Of a stretch of DNA of 64,000 bases, positions 47,852 through 61,078 are shown in pieces. Positions within the stretch are counted from its first letter, which is position 1; each line of letters opens with the position of its first letter. The notes beneath the pieces were generated by a model. That model did no database searches. It was given only the letters and a program-made list of their open reading frames with translations, and was not told where the DNA came from. Origin of the DNA: Monocercomonoides exilis PA203. Its lineage: Eukaryota; Protista; Preaxostyla. A program made the position numbers and the translations under genes. The stretch lies in NCBI GenBank assembly GCA_001643675.2, contig LSRY02000044.1, positions 682,001 to 746,000 on the forward strand. The letters are read 5' to 3'.

Positions 47852-50800
47852 ATGTGCGTGATTCAGATGATGGTTGCTGTTGCAATCACCATTATTAAAA
47901 ACGAAGGAAATTGCCAGAAGGTGATAACCGATCCATCGCATGACACATTCTGTGAACAATGCGATGAAAATTGTCTTATTGAAGGATGCATTTCGAAAAC
48001 GGGTATGAAATCGGTTGCATTTATATAAATATATATTTGATAACTGTAATTTTGCTTTAGTTGAAGTTTCTGTTTTCGATGGGAAAGAGCTGCTCGATAA
48101 TAATCATAATTACAAAAATGGCGAAAAAGGAAAAGCCAACAAACATCCAAAGAACAAGGCTTTCATTCCTTTACGTGCATCAACGCGTTTGGGGCAGATG
48201 TGCGAAGAAAGTGGATTTGAAGGAATTTTGAGATTGATTAATTCTTCAGCTGAGTTGAAAGGGATGATATTAACGAGACATGATTGTTGGAGTGTGGTAC
48301 GTGGTTTGAGGGGGAGTGTGGTTGCGGTGAGGGGATGTGGTGTGGAGATGGGGAGAGGCAAGGAGGTGGGGGTGTTTATGCTGGGCGGGTGCAGAGGAGT
48401 GTTTTGGAACATCACGCTGAGAGGGGTTGGAAGGGGAGGAAATGTGTGTGGGAGACTGTTTGGAGGAGAGGGGAGGATGGGGCAGACGAGGAGTGGGAGA
48501 GAAGGTGGGGAAAGAGGGGGAGGATGGGGTAGAGGAAGCGGAAGAGATGAAGGAGGAGAGAGAGGGGGACAACGAGGAGGTGGAGGAAGAAGAGGTGGAG
48601 AAGGAAGAGGAAGTGAAGGAAGAGGAGAAGAAAGTGAAGGAGGAGGGAGTGTATTGGTGAGCGAGTCCGATTTCCCATCTTTTTGTGTGTCTTCAGCCCC
48701 GTTTCTGGCACCTCCTCTGACACCCCTTGTGACACTCACCCGACTGACCTTCTTCAACATCTCCACAAATCCATTGAAAACAACACATCTGACTGAAGGG
48801 CAGATCCAAACCTCGTTTCTGATGAGTGGATGCACATTTTTATCGGTATGGGATGTTTATGACGGGGGCATTGTCCCTTCACTCAACAGCCCTTCGTCTT
48901 CCTTGGCTGCCTCGAACACCTCGTTTGTCAGGTGCTATCGCACTCAGAATGTTGAATATACAGGGAGTGAAGGGAATCCATCGAAACCAGAGAGACAGAA
49001 TCAGACAGATGATGGGATGAATTCGTTCACTTGGTGCGTGTGGAATGGGTCAAAAACTACAGGAACAAGAGCTTCTTATACAGATGGAGTATCGAGTGGA
49101 GGGGCGATTTTCATGTATAACCTGGGATCGGGAACACTTTCAGTGAAATTTTGTTCTTTCAATGACTGCTATGCGCATTATGGTGGTGGAGGAATTTTGT
49201 GTGTTTCAATAAATTCCATCAAAATCGAAAACAACTCATTCAATGCTTGTACAGCAAAAAATAACGGTGGTGGTGGGATATATGCTTATAATATAGAATT
49301 ATGTGTAAGGATCAGTGGGTGCGAGTTCCAGAAATGCAAAGCGAATAGCTTCGGAGGAGGTCTTTATCTTTATACTTTTAATATTTCTGGATCTGCCTGT
49401 ATTGGAACAGAAAGTGGGAAAGGGGAGAGTGCTTGTGTGTTTGAGTGCTCATTCACTTCGTGCTCTCTAACAAGTCAATATGGCGGAGGGATGTACTGTG
49501 TAACTGTTCCAGCTGCATTCAAAATGAGGAGCCTCCAATTTATTTCGTGCTCAGCAGTTTCATATGGTGGAGGACTATATCTCAAGCCATATCAATCAAT
49601 CGCTCCAAGCAACAACCTTTATTGTTATTTTTTTTTCTTCCATGATTGCAGTTGCAACGCCTCCACTTCATATGGCCATGACGTGTATTTTTATGATAAT
49701 TTCAATCTTTTTTCGTCAAACAATCCGTTCTATGAATCGTACACAACGAATAGCAATGATATGAGAGTGTGCTATTTTTACGGAAGTTATCAGTTTTCAG
49801 AAAAGAAGGATTGGCTGAAGGAAGGGATGAAGGATCGGTATGTTGGAGTGGGTGGGGATGATGCGAGCAATCTGTGTGGGATGAGTGAGCCTGCACCGTG
49901 CAAGACAATGGGGCATGCAGTGGATGTGAGCGTTGCCCAACTGGGCTCAATAATCACAGTGCTTGATGGGAAGCATGTGAACGAAGTGGAGTCAATCAAT
50001 GTTGGGGGAAAGAAGATTTTAATTGTTGGGAAAGGGAAGGAGGTGAGCGTGATTGGTACGAAATCTCTTTCTTCGTCTTCTACAACACTTTTCAGTGTGA
50101 CGAGCGGACAGCTGGGCGTGGAGCATGTGGGGATCGATCACAACGCGACAAGAAGCTCATCACCAAGTGTGTTTGTGGTGTCTGTGGGGAGCGGGACTCT
50201 TTCGCTGGAGGATGTGGCGATCGACTCTTCGACATCAGGAGGGGGTGGAATCTCGTCATCTGTGTTTGAAATGGTGTTGAGGCAGATGAAAATGATTGAT
50301 GTGGAGATCAAAAATATGAAAATGAGTCAACCTTTGTTCTCTGAACCATTATCAACAGGATCGGCATCAGGAGAAAGTGTGCTGGGGAATGTGACAATTC
50401 GGAATGTGAATAGGACAGAAGGAGATGGAGTGGTGATGGCAAAAAGTGTGAAGGGAGATGAGACATTTGTAATGTGGAACACAACAATAGAAGTATGTGA
50501 GTGTGCGAATGGAAATGGTGGAGGTATTTTTGTTTGGTTGCAAGAAAGCGGGAAATTTGATGTTAATGGAACGAGTGTGATTGATGGGAATAAGGCAGAG
50601 AATAATGGGAGAAGTGGGGGGAATGGAGGGAGAGGAGGAGGGATGTTTGTGTTGATGGAGAGTGGGGGATGTGGATTGAGAATTGGGCAGAATGTGAAGT
50701 TTTCGAAAGTGAAAAAGAATGTGGCAACATATGGGAAGGATGTGTTTGTTGATTGTGGGAGTGGAGTGTTTTTGGAGTCAAAAGTGAATACAACTTCATT

Positions 50801-53800
50801 TGCATTTTTTGACACAAGCACCATTCCATCAGATGTGTTTCAACTGAGTGGGAGTGAAAATGGGGAAGAAAATGGAGTGATTCCACTGTTTGTGTATTTG
50901 TGCACAATGGGTACAAAAGTGCTTGTTGATGGGAGTGGAGGAAATGGGAAGGATCACAGCCATTGTGGATTTGATGCATTCAAGTGTTTGACAGTTGATT
51001 ATTGCACGAACTCAAGAATGAGCAGCACTGTAAATGAAATAGAAGTTGTCTCATCTTCGTCAATTGCCAAGGAAATAACAGGACCATCATTTGGTGTGAG
51101 TATTTCAGGCAGAATAGTGTCATCATCATCAGCGGGGGAGAGGATGGGAGTGAATGTGAGTGATGGAGGATCAGACACGCAAGACTGGCTTGTTGGATGT
51201 TCGAGTTCACTGACAATGAGGAGACTTTCATTTGTTGTGAAAGGTCAGTTGAAAGCAAGGAGAAGTGCATTCATCCATTCAACATCAACACTCAGTGTGA
51301 CGAACTGTTCAGTCTCATTTGAGAGTGGGGCATTGACTGATGGAAAGATCGGATACAGCATCATTGAGATGACAGGAGGGAATCTGATTGTTGATGGATT
51401 TGTAATGGAAAGTGGAATGACACTGAAGATGAATGGGAAATCGCCAATCACAATGACAATTGGAGCGCAATTGGAGATATCAAACAGCAGAGTGAGTGAA
51501 GTGGAGGTGGAAATGAATGCGGCAGGTGGAAATGGAGGAGGGGGATATTTGAATGTTGGGATGGGCGTTAATGGGAATGTGAAAATTGAAGAAAGCAATA
51601 TATCCTCGACATGCTCAGGTGGAAGTGGAATGAAAGGGGGAGGGATGATGATGTCAATTGGAAGCGGAGGAACATTGAGAGTGAAAGGAGTGAAATTATC
51701 AGGATGCGTTGTGCCATCAGAGGATATTGAGAATGGAGGGAGAGGGATGGGAGGAGGGATGTTTGCTGAACTTGCCGATGCAACGGGAACATTTTCATTG
51801 GAGAGCATGACATTTAGTGGGTGCAATGCATGGAAGGGGAAGAATTTATTTGTGGAAGCTCAGGATTTATCGGCTGTCATCAACAGCACTTCAATTGGAT
51901 TCAATCCAGAAATTGGAATTAATGTTGCAGATTTGGATGAACTTTGTGGAAGAGAAAGAAACCAGACAGATGTGATTGTTCCACTTGTTGTGTTTCTTCG
52001 GACATTTTCATCTCCAGCATATGTGAGTGGGAGAGAACAAGGAAGTGAATTTAGATTGTGTGGATATGAAGATTATCCATGCAAAGGAATTGGGAATGTT
52101 GGAGAAGTTCAGTTTCCGAGTTCAAAGAGATTCATCAGACTGACAAGCACATTTTCATTTGTTGAAGAAGTGAAGTTGGATGAATAATCATATGAGATTG
52201 ATTCGAGCAACAAAGATGTTGGATTGAAAGTTGGAGGAACAGGAACAAAAACACAAGAAGCGTTGGTGCTGAACAGTGTTTCATCAACATTGACAGGGAT
52301 ATTGTTTGAATTGGGAGGATCGATTTGGGAACGTTCATCATTTGTTCATTCGACAAGTGGCACATTGAGATTTGCTGATTGTGGGATAAAGATGGGAAGC
52401 GGGGTGGATTCTGCGAATTATGTGTTTGTGAGTGGGAGTGGAGGGACATTATTCATTTCAGGTTTTAGTATGACTCATGTGAGATTTGGAATGAATCCAT
52501 TTATTGTTGTTGATGGAAATGGGGGTGCTTCGATTGAGGATTCGTTGCTTGAGAGTGTGGAAACAACAAATATGAAGGGATTGATTGAGTATTCATCATC
52601 ATCGAGTTCATTGACGATTGGGAATGTGACAGCACAAGAATGTGTGATGGGAGGGGAAGGACTGACATGGGATGATAATGGAAAAAAACTGGGGATGAGG
52701 AATTGCACGATTATGAAAACTCGCAGTTTGGAGGGAAATGGGAGCGTTGTGAGTGGAGAAGTTGGGGATGGATGTGCTGTTGAAGTGAGTGATGTTGTGA
52801 TTGAAGGATGTGGAACATTGAAGGGATGTGGAGGAGGGATGGGTGTGATGTTGAAGGGAACAGGAGAAATGCGTTTGGGGAAGAGTGGAGTGGTGACATT
52901 ATTTGAGAAATGTTCAGCTGGTGGTGAAGGATCAGTTGGGGGATATGGGGGAGGAGTGTTGCTGAGATGCGAAAAAGGAGGAAGCGACTTTGTGATGAGT
53001 GGATTGACATTTGGAAGAGGTGAGGGAGCAAACACAGCGGCACATGGAGGAAACAATGTGCTTGTTGAAGGAACAAGTTTGCCACAGTTGGTGAATAATG
53101 TTTCATTTGACTTCTCATTTGAGATTGAAGGCGAAGGATTCAACATTAAAGATCTTATGGGAGCAGAAAATGGGAATGAGATGAGATTGATTCCAGTTGT
53201 TGTGTTCTTTCGAGAGAAGCCGAGTGTTGGGTATGTGAATGGGGGAAATGGAGGGATGGACTATCATAAGTGCGGATATGCTGACTTTCCATGCTCCACA
53301 TTGACATATGCAGGAACAAATCTATTTGGCACATCGCCAGCAACACTGAAACTTGCTGATGGAAGTTTTATTTCCGATGAAATGACACTCAACACTCAAG
53401 AAATGAACATTGATGGAGATATTGAAAAGGCAAAGATTGGAATAAGCGAAGGAGGAGAAAACGTATTTTTGATAAAGAGCGAACGAGCAGTATCGTTTTC
53501 GTCATTGGCATTTTCGATTTCAACATTTGCCGAATCAAGAAAGGAGTATGTATTTCTGTGCGGTGCAAACACATTGAGATTTGAAGGATGTTCATTTGGT
53601 GCAGAATCAGAAGAGATTGGAATTGGATTGATTTGCGGGAAAGGAGGGAAAGTGGAGCTGGTGAAATGTGAATTTGAAAACATTCAAATGACCAAAACAG
53701 GGATGGTGACTTTTGATGGAATAGGGGTTGGAGGATTGATTGATGAGGTGATTGTGAGGAATGTGACAAGAGAAAATGTGGGAAGGAGCTTATTTGAGCT

Positions 53801-56800
53801 GAGAAATGGAGGAGATGTTGAGGTTAAGAACACAACGATGAATAAATCGAGTTTTGAGAATGGAAATGAGATTGAGATTGGAGAAGGGATTAATGCGAAA
53901 ATCTGGAACTGCACATTCAAATCAATTCAGAGAGTGAATGGGAATGGAGGGGTGTTGAATGGGAAAGTGGGAAGTGGTAAGTGTGTGGATATTAACAAAT
54001 GCGTGTTTGAGGAATGCAGATGCAATTCAGTGAGTACAATTGGGGGAGGGATTGTTCTGATTGTGGGAGATGGAGGAAAACTGTTGTTTGATGATAACAA
54101 GATGAATGGATGCACAGTTTCAGAGAGAACCGGAAAAGGAGGAGGGTTGCATCTGACATTTGAAACAACGAATGCAGAATATTCTATGAAGAATGACACT
54201 TTCACGAACAATGTGGCAGAAAAAGGAGAAGATGTGTATTTGGTGTGTGGATCACCATGGAGGATGCTTCTTCCAGCGTTGTGGGAAGGGACAGCCACAA
54301 GAGTCACAGCAGAAAATAAGATGTGGGTGCTTGAGTCATCTGAACCAAGAAAAGAAGACTCACTGATCAATTATCTGTTTCCAAGATTGGGAACGGATTT
54401 GTTTGTGAGCAATGCTGGAAACGGATTATCAAGTTGTGGAGCGAAAGAAAATCCTTGCTCGTCTGTTGATATTGGGTTTGATCGGTTGAAGGATGAGATA
54501 GAGAGGATTATGCTTGTTGGTGCTGCTTCAGTGAGCAAGACGATCAACAGAGGTGGGAAAGGGCTGACAATCAAAGGGAATGAAGAAACGAGAGAACTGG
54601 TTGTTGAAGAGGGAGGGAAATTTGAATTGACAGAAGGAGATGGGCAAACACATTTGACTTTGTCACTTCTTCAGATTTCGCTTCCATGCTCCTCCACTGC
54701 AAGTGCGACTGGTGACGAATCGATTATGGAAGCGAGGATTGGGGAATGTTTCATTTTGGATTGTTTGTTTTCAGGAGAAGAAGGGAATTCAAATGTGAAT
54801 GAGTGTGGGAAGTGGATAGTGATTGGGAATGGAGGGGTTATTCGAATAGAGAGAACAGAAATGAATGGGATAAGATTCGAAGGATGTGGAATTGCACAAC
54901 TGGGAGGAGGGAATGTGTTATTTGAGAACTGTTCATTGAATGGGATTGAGACCAGTGGAGGAGGAGTGATTGTGGGGAATGGTGGATCGGAAGTGACATT
55001 GAGGAACATGACAGCATTGGGGTGTGTTGTGGGAGCAGGATCGCTGATAACATCGAATGGAGGATCGAGTCTGAGAGTTGATGAAGAAAGCAGATTTGAG
55101 AATATTGATACAGAAAGTGTGAGTGGAGGGTGTTTGAAGAGCGAGATGAAGCTGAATGATTTGCTTGAAATGGGATCATCATCCATATTGAAATGCTCTG
55201 CGAATGGAAATGGAGGAAGAGGAGGAGGAATATATCTGAATTTGAGTGACAATTGTGTGAATAACTTTGTGTTGACAACATTGACATTCGAAGGCAATGT
55301 TGCAACTGAGGGAAGGGATTTGTTCATTTCTTGCAAGAAACTGAATGAAACAGTGACGAAGGAGAGGTTTGGATTTGAATACAAATATGAAAATGGAGAA
55401 AGAGAAGGAGAAGGTCAGGCAGTTGATATGAAAGGGGTTGACAGAGATCATTTTGAGGAGAGTGTTGATCTTGGGCTGTTTCTTGTTGAAATGAAGGGAA
55501 TGGAGGTGTGTGTGTCGAGGGAGGGGTATGACACATTGGGATGTGGGAGCGATGGATATCCATGTGAATCGATGTGGAGTGGAATAAGCCACATTGACAG
55601 AAGTGGGACAGAAGGAGAAAGGAAAGTGAAAGTGAGGGATGAAGGGACAATTGAAGATATCTATTCATTCACAGATGCACTTGTGATTGATGGGTGTGTG
55701 AATGAAGGAGATGAAACCAAACACAAGCCTATTCATTTTGAAGGGACAATCAAAGGGAATTCTGCATCATCATCTTCATCTGTTATTTCATCAACTGCCT
55801 CACTCAGCTTATTATCTTTGAAGTTACAAATTCCAAGTCAATTTGAGCCAAGCATGAATACACTGATCTCATCGAGTGGGATTCTTCAACTTGAAAGCTG
55901 TTTATTTGAGATTCGATCATCAACACACACTGTTCAATACTCGTTGATAACAACAACCAGTGGAAGTTGCACATTGAAAGGATGCAGTTTGACAGGGCCA
56001 TCATTTGTCAAATCTCCATTGGTGATGGCTTCTTCTGTTTTTATTGAAAGCAACAACTTTTCAAACATTGTGAACACTGGAAGCGGTGAAGGAGGCATTG
56101 CAAAAGTGACATTGAAAGGGAATGAAAAACTGGAAATAAAATCAACAAATGTGTCATCTTGTTCGCTTTCATCAAGAAATGGAAAAGGAGGATTCTTGTA
56201 TTTGGATTGTCAAAACTGTTTAAATGAAAAGCCATTTCTTTTGGAAAGCGTAACATTTGAGAACAACACAGCATCCAATGGAAAGAACATGTTCATTTTG
56301 GGAAAGGATTTTAATTCTTCTGTGACAAATGATTCATTCAACTTCGATTATTCATCAATGGCAAATGATAAAACTCTGTTTGTGGGAAGTGATGATTTTC
56401 ATGAAGAAAAGGATTTGTTCATGTTTCTGGTTTCATACAGCTCATTTGAGATATTTATCTCATCTGAAGGATATGATGTTGCACGCTGTGGAAGCGAGGA
56501 AGGGCCATGCTTCACAATGTGGAAAGGGATGAAAAACATGAGAGATGGAGATGCTTTGAAAACAATTCAGATTAATGGATCAACAATTATTCGAGATTCA
56601 TTCAACATGTCCAATTATCAGATCAAAAAGGGTGAAAAGATGGGAGGGGAAGATACAAAAGCAATATTGAATTTTGAAAAGGCAATTGGAAGTCAGCTGG
56701 AATGTTTCATGGAAAATGATATTCACCTTGAATTGATAAATATCCAACTGCAACTTGCATCTGGATTTGACAACTCAGCCAAAACGATTATTTCAAACAA

Positions 56801-59800
56801 AGGAGGAGATTTGGTGATAAGTGAATGTTCATTCCATTCAGAGGCAGAAGTGAACAATGGATTTGATTGTGTGTTTGTGGATGTGATTGGAGGAACTGTG
56901 GAAGTGAATGATTTGTCGATGGAATCGTGCAATGTTGGAAACAGTATTTTTGCAATCGACAATGCTGGAGTTTCTTGCCATTTTGTGAATGTTCGAGTGG
57001 AATCGTTGAATGAAAGTGGAGGATGTCTTCTTCTGATCAAAGGAACTGAATTAACAACAAAGATAAATGAAGTGGGTGAGGAAATGAGTCTCAACATTGA
57101 TAATTCGTCATTTTCAGGAGTGAAGAGAAGTGACAATGGAGCAAGCATTTTGGAGTCAAAGAGTGAGAATAAGATTTGCTTGGTTGTGAATTCGAGCAAC
57201 ATCACAGAAGACAAAGCAGAATTGAGTGAAAAAGGAGGGGCAATATTCTTCACATTGGGTGCATCTGGATCAATGAAGATGATTGACTCAACAATCAGCC
57301 AATGCAGCTGCAGTTTCAGTTCAGGGAGAGGAGGAGGGGTGTATCTGGCGACAAAGGAAAAAGGAGAATTGGATTTCACATTTATGGGGATGAAATTCAG
57401 TGACAACAGAGCAAGAGTGGGAAATGATATTTATATTGAATGCTTCAACATCACATCGCAGATTAATGAAAGTCAATTTCAGTTTGATCTTCGAGAAGGC
57501 AACTTCAATCGATTCGATGCAATCTATGGAATTGATAGTTGTGAGCACAAAGAAGATGCAAATCTGATTGGATTTGTGACTATCCATCAGAGTGACACAA
57601 TCATTGTGAGCAGTGCGGTTGGATCGAATGACAGACAATGTGGAACAAACACACTTCCATGTGATACAATTGAGCATGGGCTGGTGCATCTGACATCTGA
57701 ATATGTGAGCCAAATATTCATTGTTGAAGAGAGTGTGATTGGAAGAGAAATAAATCTGGAGGAGATGAGTTTGAGTTCGAAGAGCAGAGATTTTTGTGAA
57801 GTTGAAGTGAAATCAAGAATTGAAAAAACAAGAGAGGCTTTGATTTCAACAAGAGAAACAGTCTCATTGATGAGAGTGAATTTTGTGTTTGATTCAAATT
57901 TTGTTTCTTCACATGAATCACTGATATCACCAGAAGGAGGGATTCTTGAAGTGGTGAATTGTTCATTTGACTCAAAACAATCGGCTGGAGAAGGAAATAT
58001 AGAATTAGCAATTATTCCATTTCACATTATTCAAATGACAAAAGGAGAATTACAACTTGACGGATGCTCAATATCAAATCTCATTCTTCATGAATCTGCA
58101 TTATCTCTATCATCATCACTTTCATCAGTAATTGATTCATTAACGATTTGCAATTCAACAGCTAAAACTTCTCTGATTGATATTTATGAATGTGGAAAAT
58201 TAACAATCAAAAATTTCAACACAGAAAATATCACAGTTGAGGGAAATGAAGAAACATTAATATCTTGCTTGACAATGAAAAAGACGATGCAATTGACAAA
58301 TTGCACAATTGGTGGAGTCAGTTCACAGACAACAAAAGGGAAATTGATGAAATTGGAGGATTGTTTGGATGTGAAAATAGACAATTGTGTTTTTGATGGA
58401 AGTGTAAAAGAAAGAAATGAGAAGAATTTGAATGTGGAAGAAGAGATGTGCAGGCGGGAAGGATCTCTTGTGGATGTTGTGAAGAGTTTTGTGATGATGA
58501 AAGATACAACAATCTCAAATTCACCAGAAGGTGGAATATCAATGAGTGGAGGAAATGTGAATATTGAGATGGGGTTATTTGAGAACAACAATCCATCGAT
58601 TGAAGGATATCCATCGTTGAGAAGGAATATCATCTGTTCAGATTCAGGAACATTGAATGTGAAGAGTTTGAAAGGAGGAGATGGATTGGAGGACAATACT
58701 TCTCTTTGGATGTTGAATGAAGGGTGCAGTTTTGAAGGGATTGCTTCAGAGAGAGATTCGTCATTCTTCATTCCTGTTTTGGAGAGTGTAGAGGTAAAAG
58801 AAGAGGCAAATAGAATGAAATTGACATTCAAAGGGATGCTTCTTGTTCCATGCAATCTGTCATTCTCAGTTGTGAAGAGGAAGGGAGAAGAGAAAGAGAT
58901 TGAAAAACATGAGTTTGATTCAAATGGATTCTTGTCAGAAAGAGAAGTTGAGGGAAGTGCGACAAAGTATCTTATCAGCAACTGTGGAGATGAAATAGAA
59001 GTAAGTGTGCATGTTTTATTTGGGAATGCAGAATCTCCTTCATCAACACAGCCATTTATTCTGAAGAATACAAGTATTTCTCCACCAAATGATAATGAAA
59101 GAATCTCAAAGGGAGGAAATAAGAATAACAATGGAAATTTGAATATGTTTGAATGGAGTTTGTTTGCCTTTATTGGGTTCGTTGTTGCTTTTTTAATTTT
59201 TGTTGCTTTGTTTGTTGTGGTGGTTGTGCTTTTGCGAAGGAAACTGAGGGAAGCCGAAAAGAAAGTTGAGAGAGAGAGATTAGAAACTGAACAGATAATG
59301 GGGAAGATTGAGAGGAGAAGAAGGGAAAACAATGGAAGAAGCTTTGAGATGAGCGAAATGCCATCAACATTACTGGAAGGGATGACGAGCCAAATTCCGC
59401 TTCTCATTGACAACGATGAAGATCTTCCAGAGCCTCCTCCGATGAGCAATGAAGAAATTCTGAATGAAAATGATCTTCCAGATCTGGAACCACCATTAGC
59501 ATTTTCAGAGAATGCTTCTGTTCCTGGAATGCAACAATCTCATTCATTCAATGTGATATCAGCAAAGAAGCCATTTCGAGAGAAAGAGAAAAAGAACGTC
59601 AAAACATTGCACTCAGTAATTCATTCAGTGCAAGGTAATTTCACACTGGGAACAAGAGCGATGGATGTTGTTGATGGGAAGGAAGTGGTTTTGGCGGTGG
59701 CAGAGCTGTTTGAGCATTTGATTTCAGTTGGAGACGAGAGAGTAGGGATGATGGGGAGGCAGCTGTGCCCGTATTCAATTTTTGTGGAGGAAGGAAACGA

Positions 59801-60143
59801 AAATGAAATATACCTATTGACAGAGGAATTGGAGGATGAAAAGGAGAAAGATGAACTAAAGCGATGGAAGGCACCTGAAGCGGGAGATGAAGAAGAGGGA
59901 ATTGAAAAGGCTGCTGTTTTTTCACTTGGACTAATTCTGCATGAAATGACAACAGGCGAAGTGCCATTGAGCGAGTGTGATGCAGAAGAAGCACAGGAGA
60001 TGATGAGAGATGGAGTGCGACCACTGACAGAAGGAATCGAAGGAGAAGACATGGTTGAGCTGATGGAGAAGATGTGGGCAGATGAGCCAGATTACAGACC
60101 GAATTTGGCTCAAGTGATCCGCTTTCTGAAAGTGCTTGATTGA
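47852..60143 (+). CDS. Second giant beta-helix receptor paralog (about 4070 codons), interrupted by one in-frame TAA at 52185-52187
   Basis: Probable first exon 47852-48002 and intron 48003-48060. ORFs 48015-52187 and 52224-60143 share one frame and are collinear with the 3108-aa paralog across the stop. Eight CG..PC modules, TM near 59153-59233, tail with RWKAPE..VFSLGLILHEM..VP. Confidence 0.88.
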
Positions 60144-60915
60144 TTGTTCTGATGCTTGTGTGTTTGATTTTCTTGTTTCTTTGTTTCCATCATATCAAAT
60201 TGAACTGTCTATTTAAATTCAAAATAATTATATTCTGCTTTGTTTTATTGTTGAATGAGCTGCATTTTATATTTAACAAATGAAAGTTATTTTTCTTTTT
60301 ATTAAGTTTTTTATATGTATTCTTCTTCTATCCTTTTTCTATATGTTTTTAAATGAGAATTTCAACATTAACATATGCATTTATGAGATAAATTTAAAGA
60401 TATATTTTGAAAAATCAATTTGAAAAAGAAAAAAAATTAAATAATAAGAATAACATTACAAAAAATCAGACAAATATCCCCATCACAACTGACAATCTGA
60501 ATATGACAAAAAATTAAAATGAAACACAGTTGAAAAACTGAGAAAGCACATTTTGTTTTCTATATCTTTCTCTGACTATAAAAAGTGTCTCTTTAAACAG
60601 AAATGAAGCAAAACACATATTTCTTCACACTTTTTTGAGCGAAATATTTTATTTTCTTTTATCCTTTATTTTATGCCCGCATTTTAAAAAACATCATTAT
60701 TATTGTCTTCACATTCATTGTTTTCAAACATTTTAATCAAATAATTAAATTTTTGTTGAGTGAAATTTGAATAGCGATTCAAATATCTGTCCGCACTCAC
60801 GAACATACACAAGAATGTTTGGCATATTCACAGAGAATGGGGCAGCTTTGATCTAACCCAGAATTTTTTTATTATTAGTGTAAAAATTCCAAAATAATCA
60901 CTGTATTAATTGCTT

Positions 60916-61050
60916 GGTTTAGGTTTTAGGGTTAGCGTAACAGATCTTGGGTTGAGGGTTATGTTCCCGCTCTTCTTTTTAGGGTTAGCACTTATGAAAA
61001 CTTGATCTTTTTTGGATTTTAAGGGTTAGGGTTTAACCAGGTTTAAGTTG
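60916..61050 (+). repeat. Degenerate telomere-like (TTAGGG/TTTAGG) repeats
   Basis: GGTTTAGGTTTTAGGGTTAG, GGGTTGAGGGTTA, TTTAGGGTTAG and AAGGGTTAGGGTTTAA are clustered within about 135 bp. Confidence 0.6.
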
Positions 61051-61078
61051 AGTCATAAGAAAGAAAAGCTGGGCTTTA

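Noticed and set aside
32099-60143. Genome-wide TAA/TAG = Gln recoding, as known in the oxymonad Streblomastix, suggested by several in-frame TAR codons
   Set aside because: ORFs of 3108 and 2639 aa contain many Gln and no TAR, clear genes end in TAG or TAA (23738, 32099, 5256), and the TAG at 62804 aligns with Lys.
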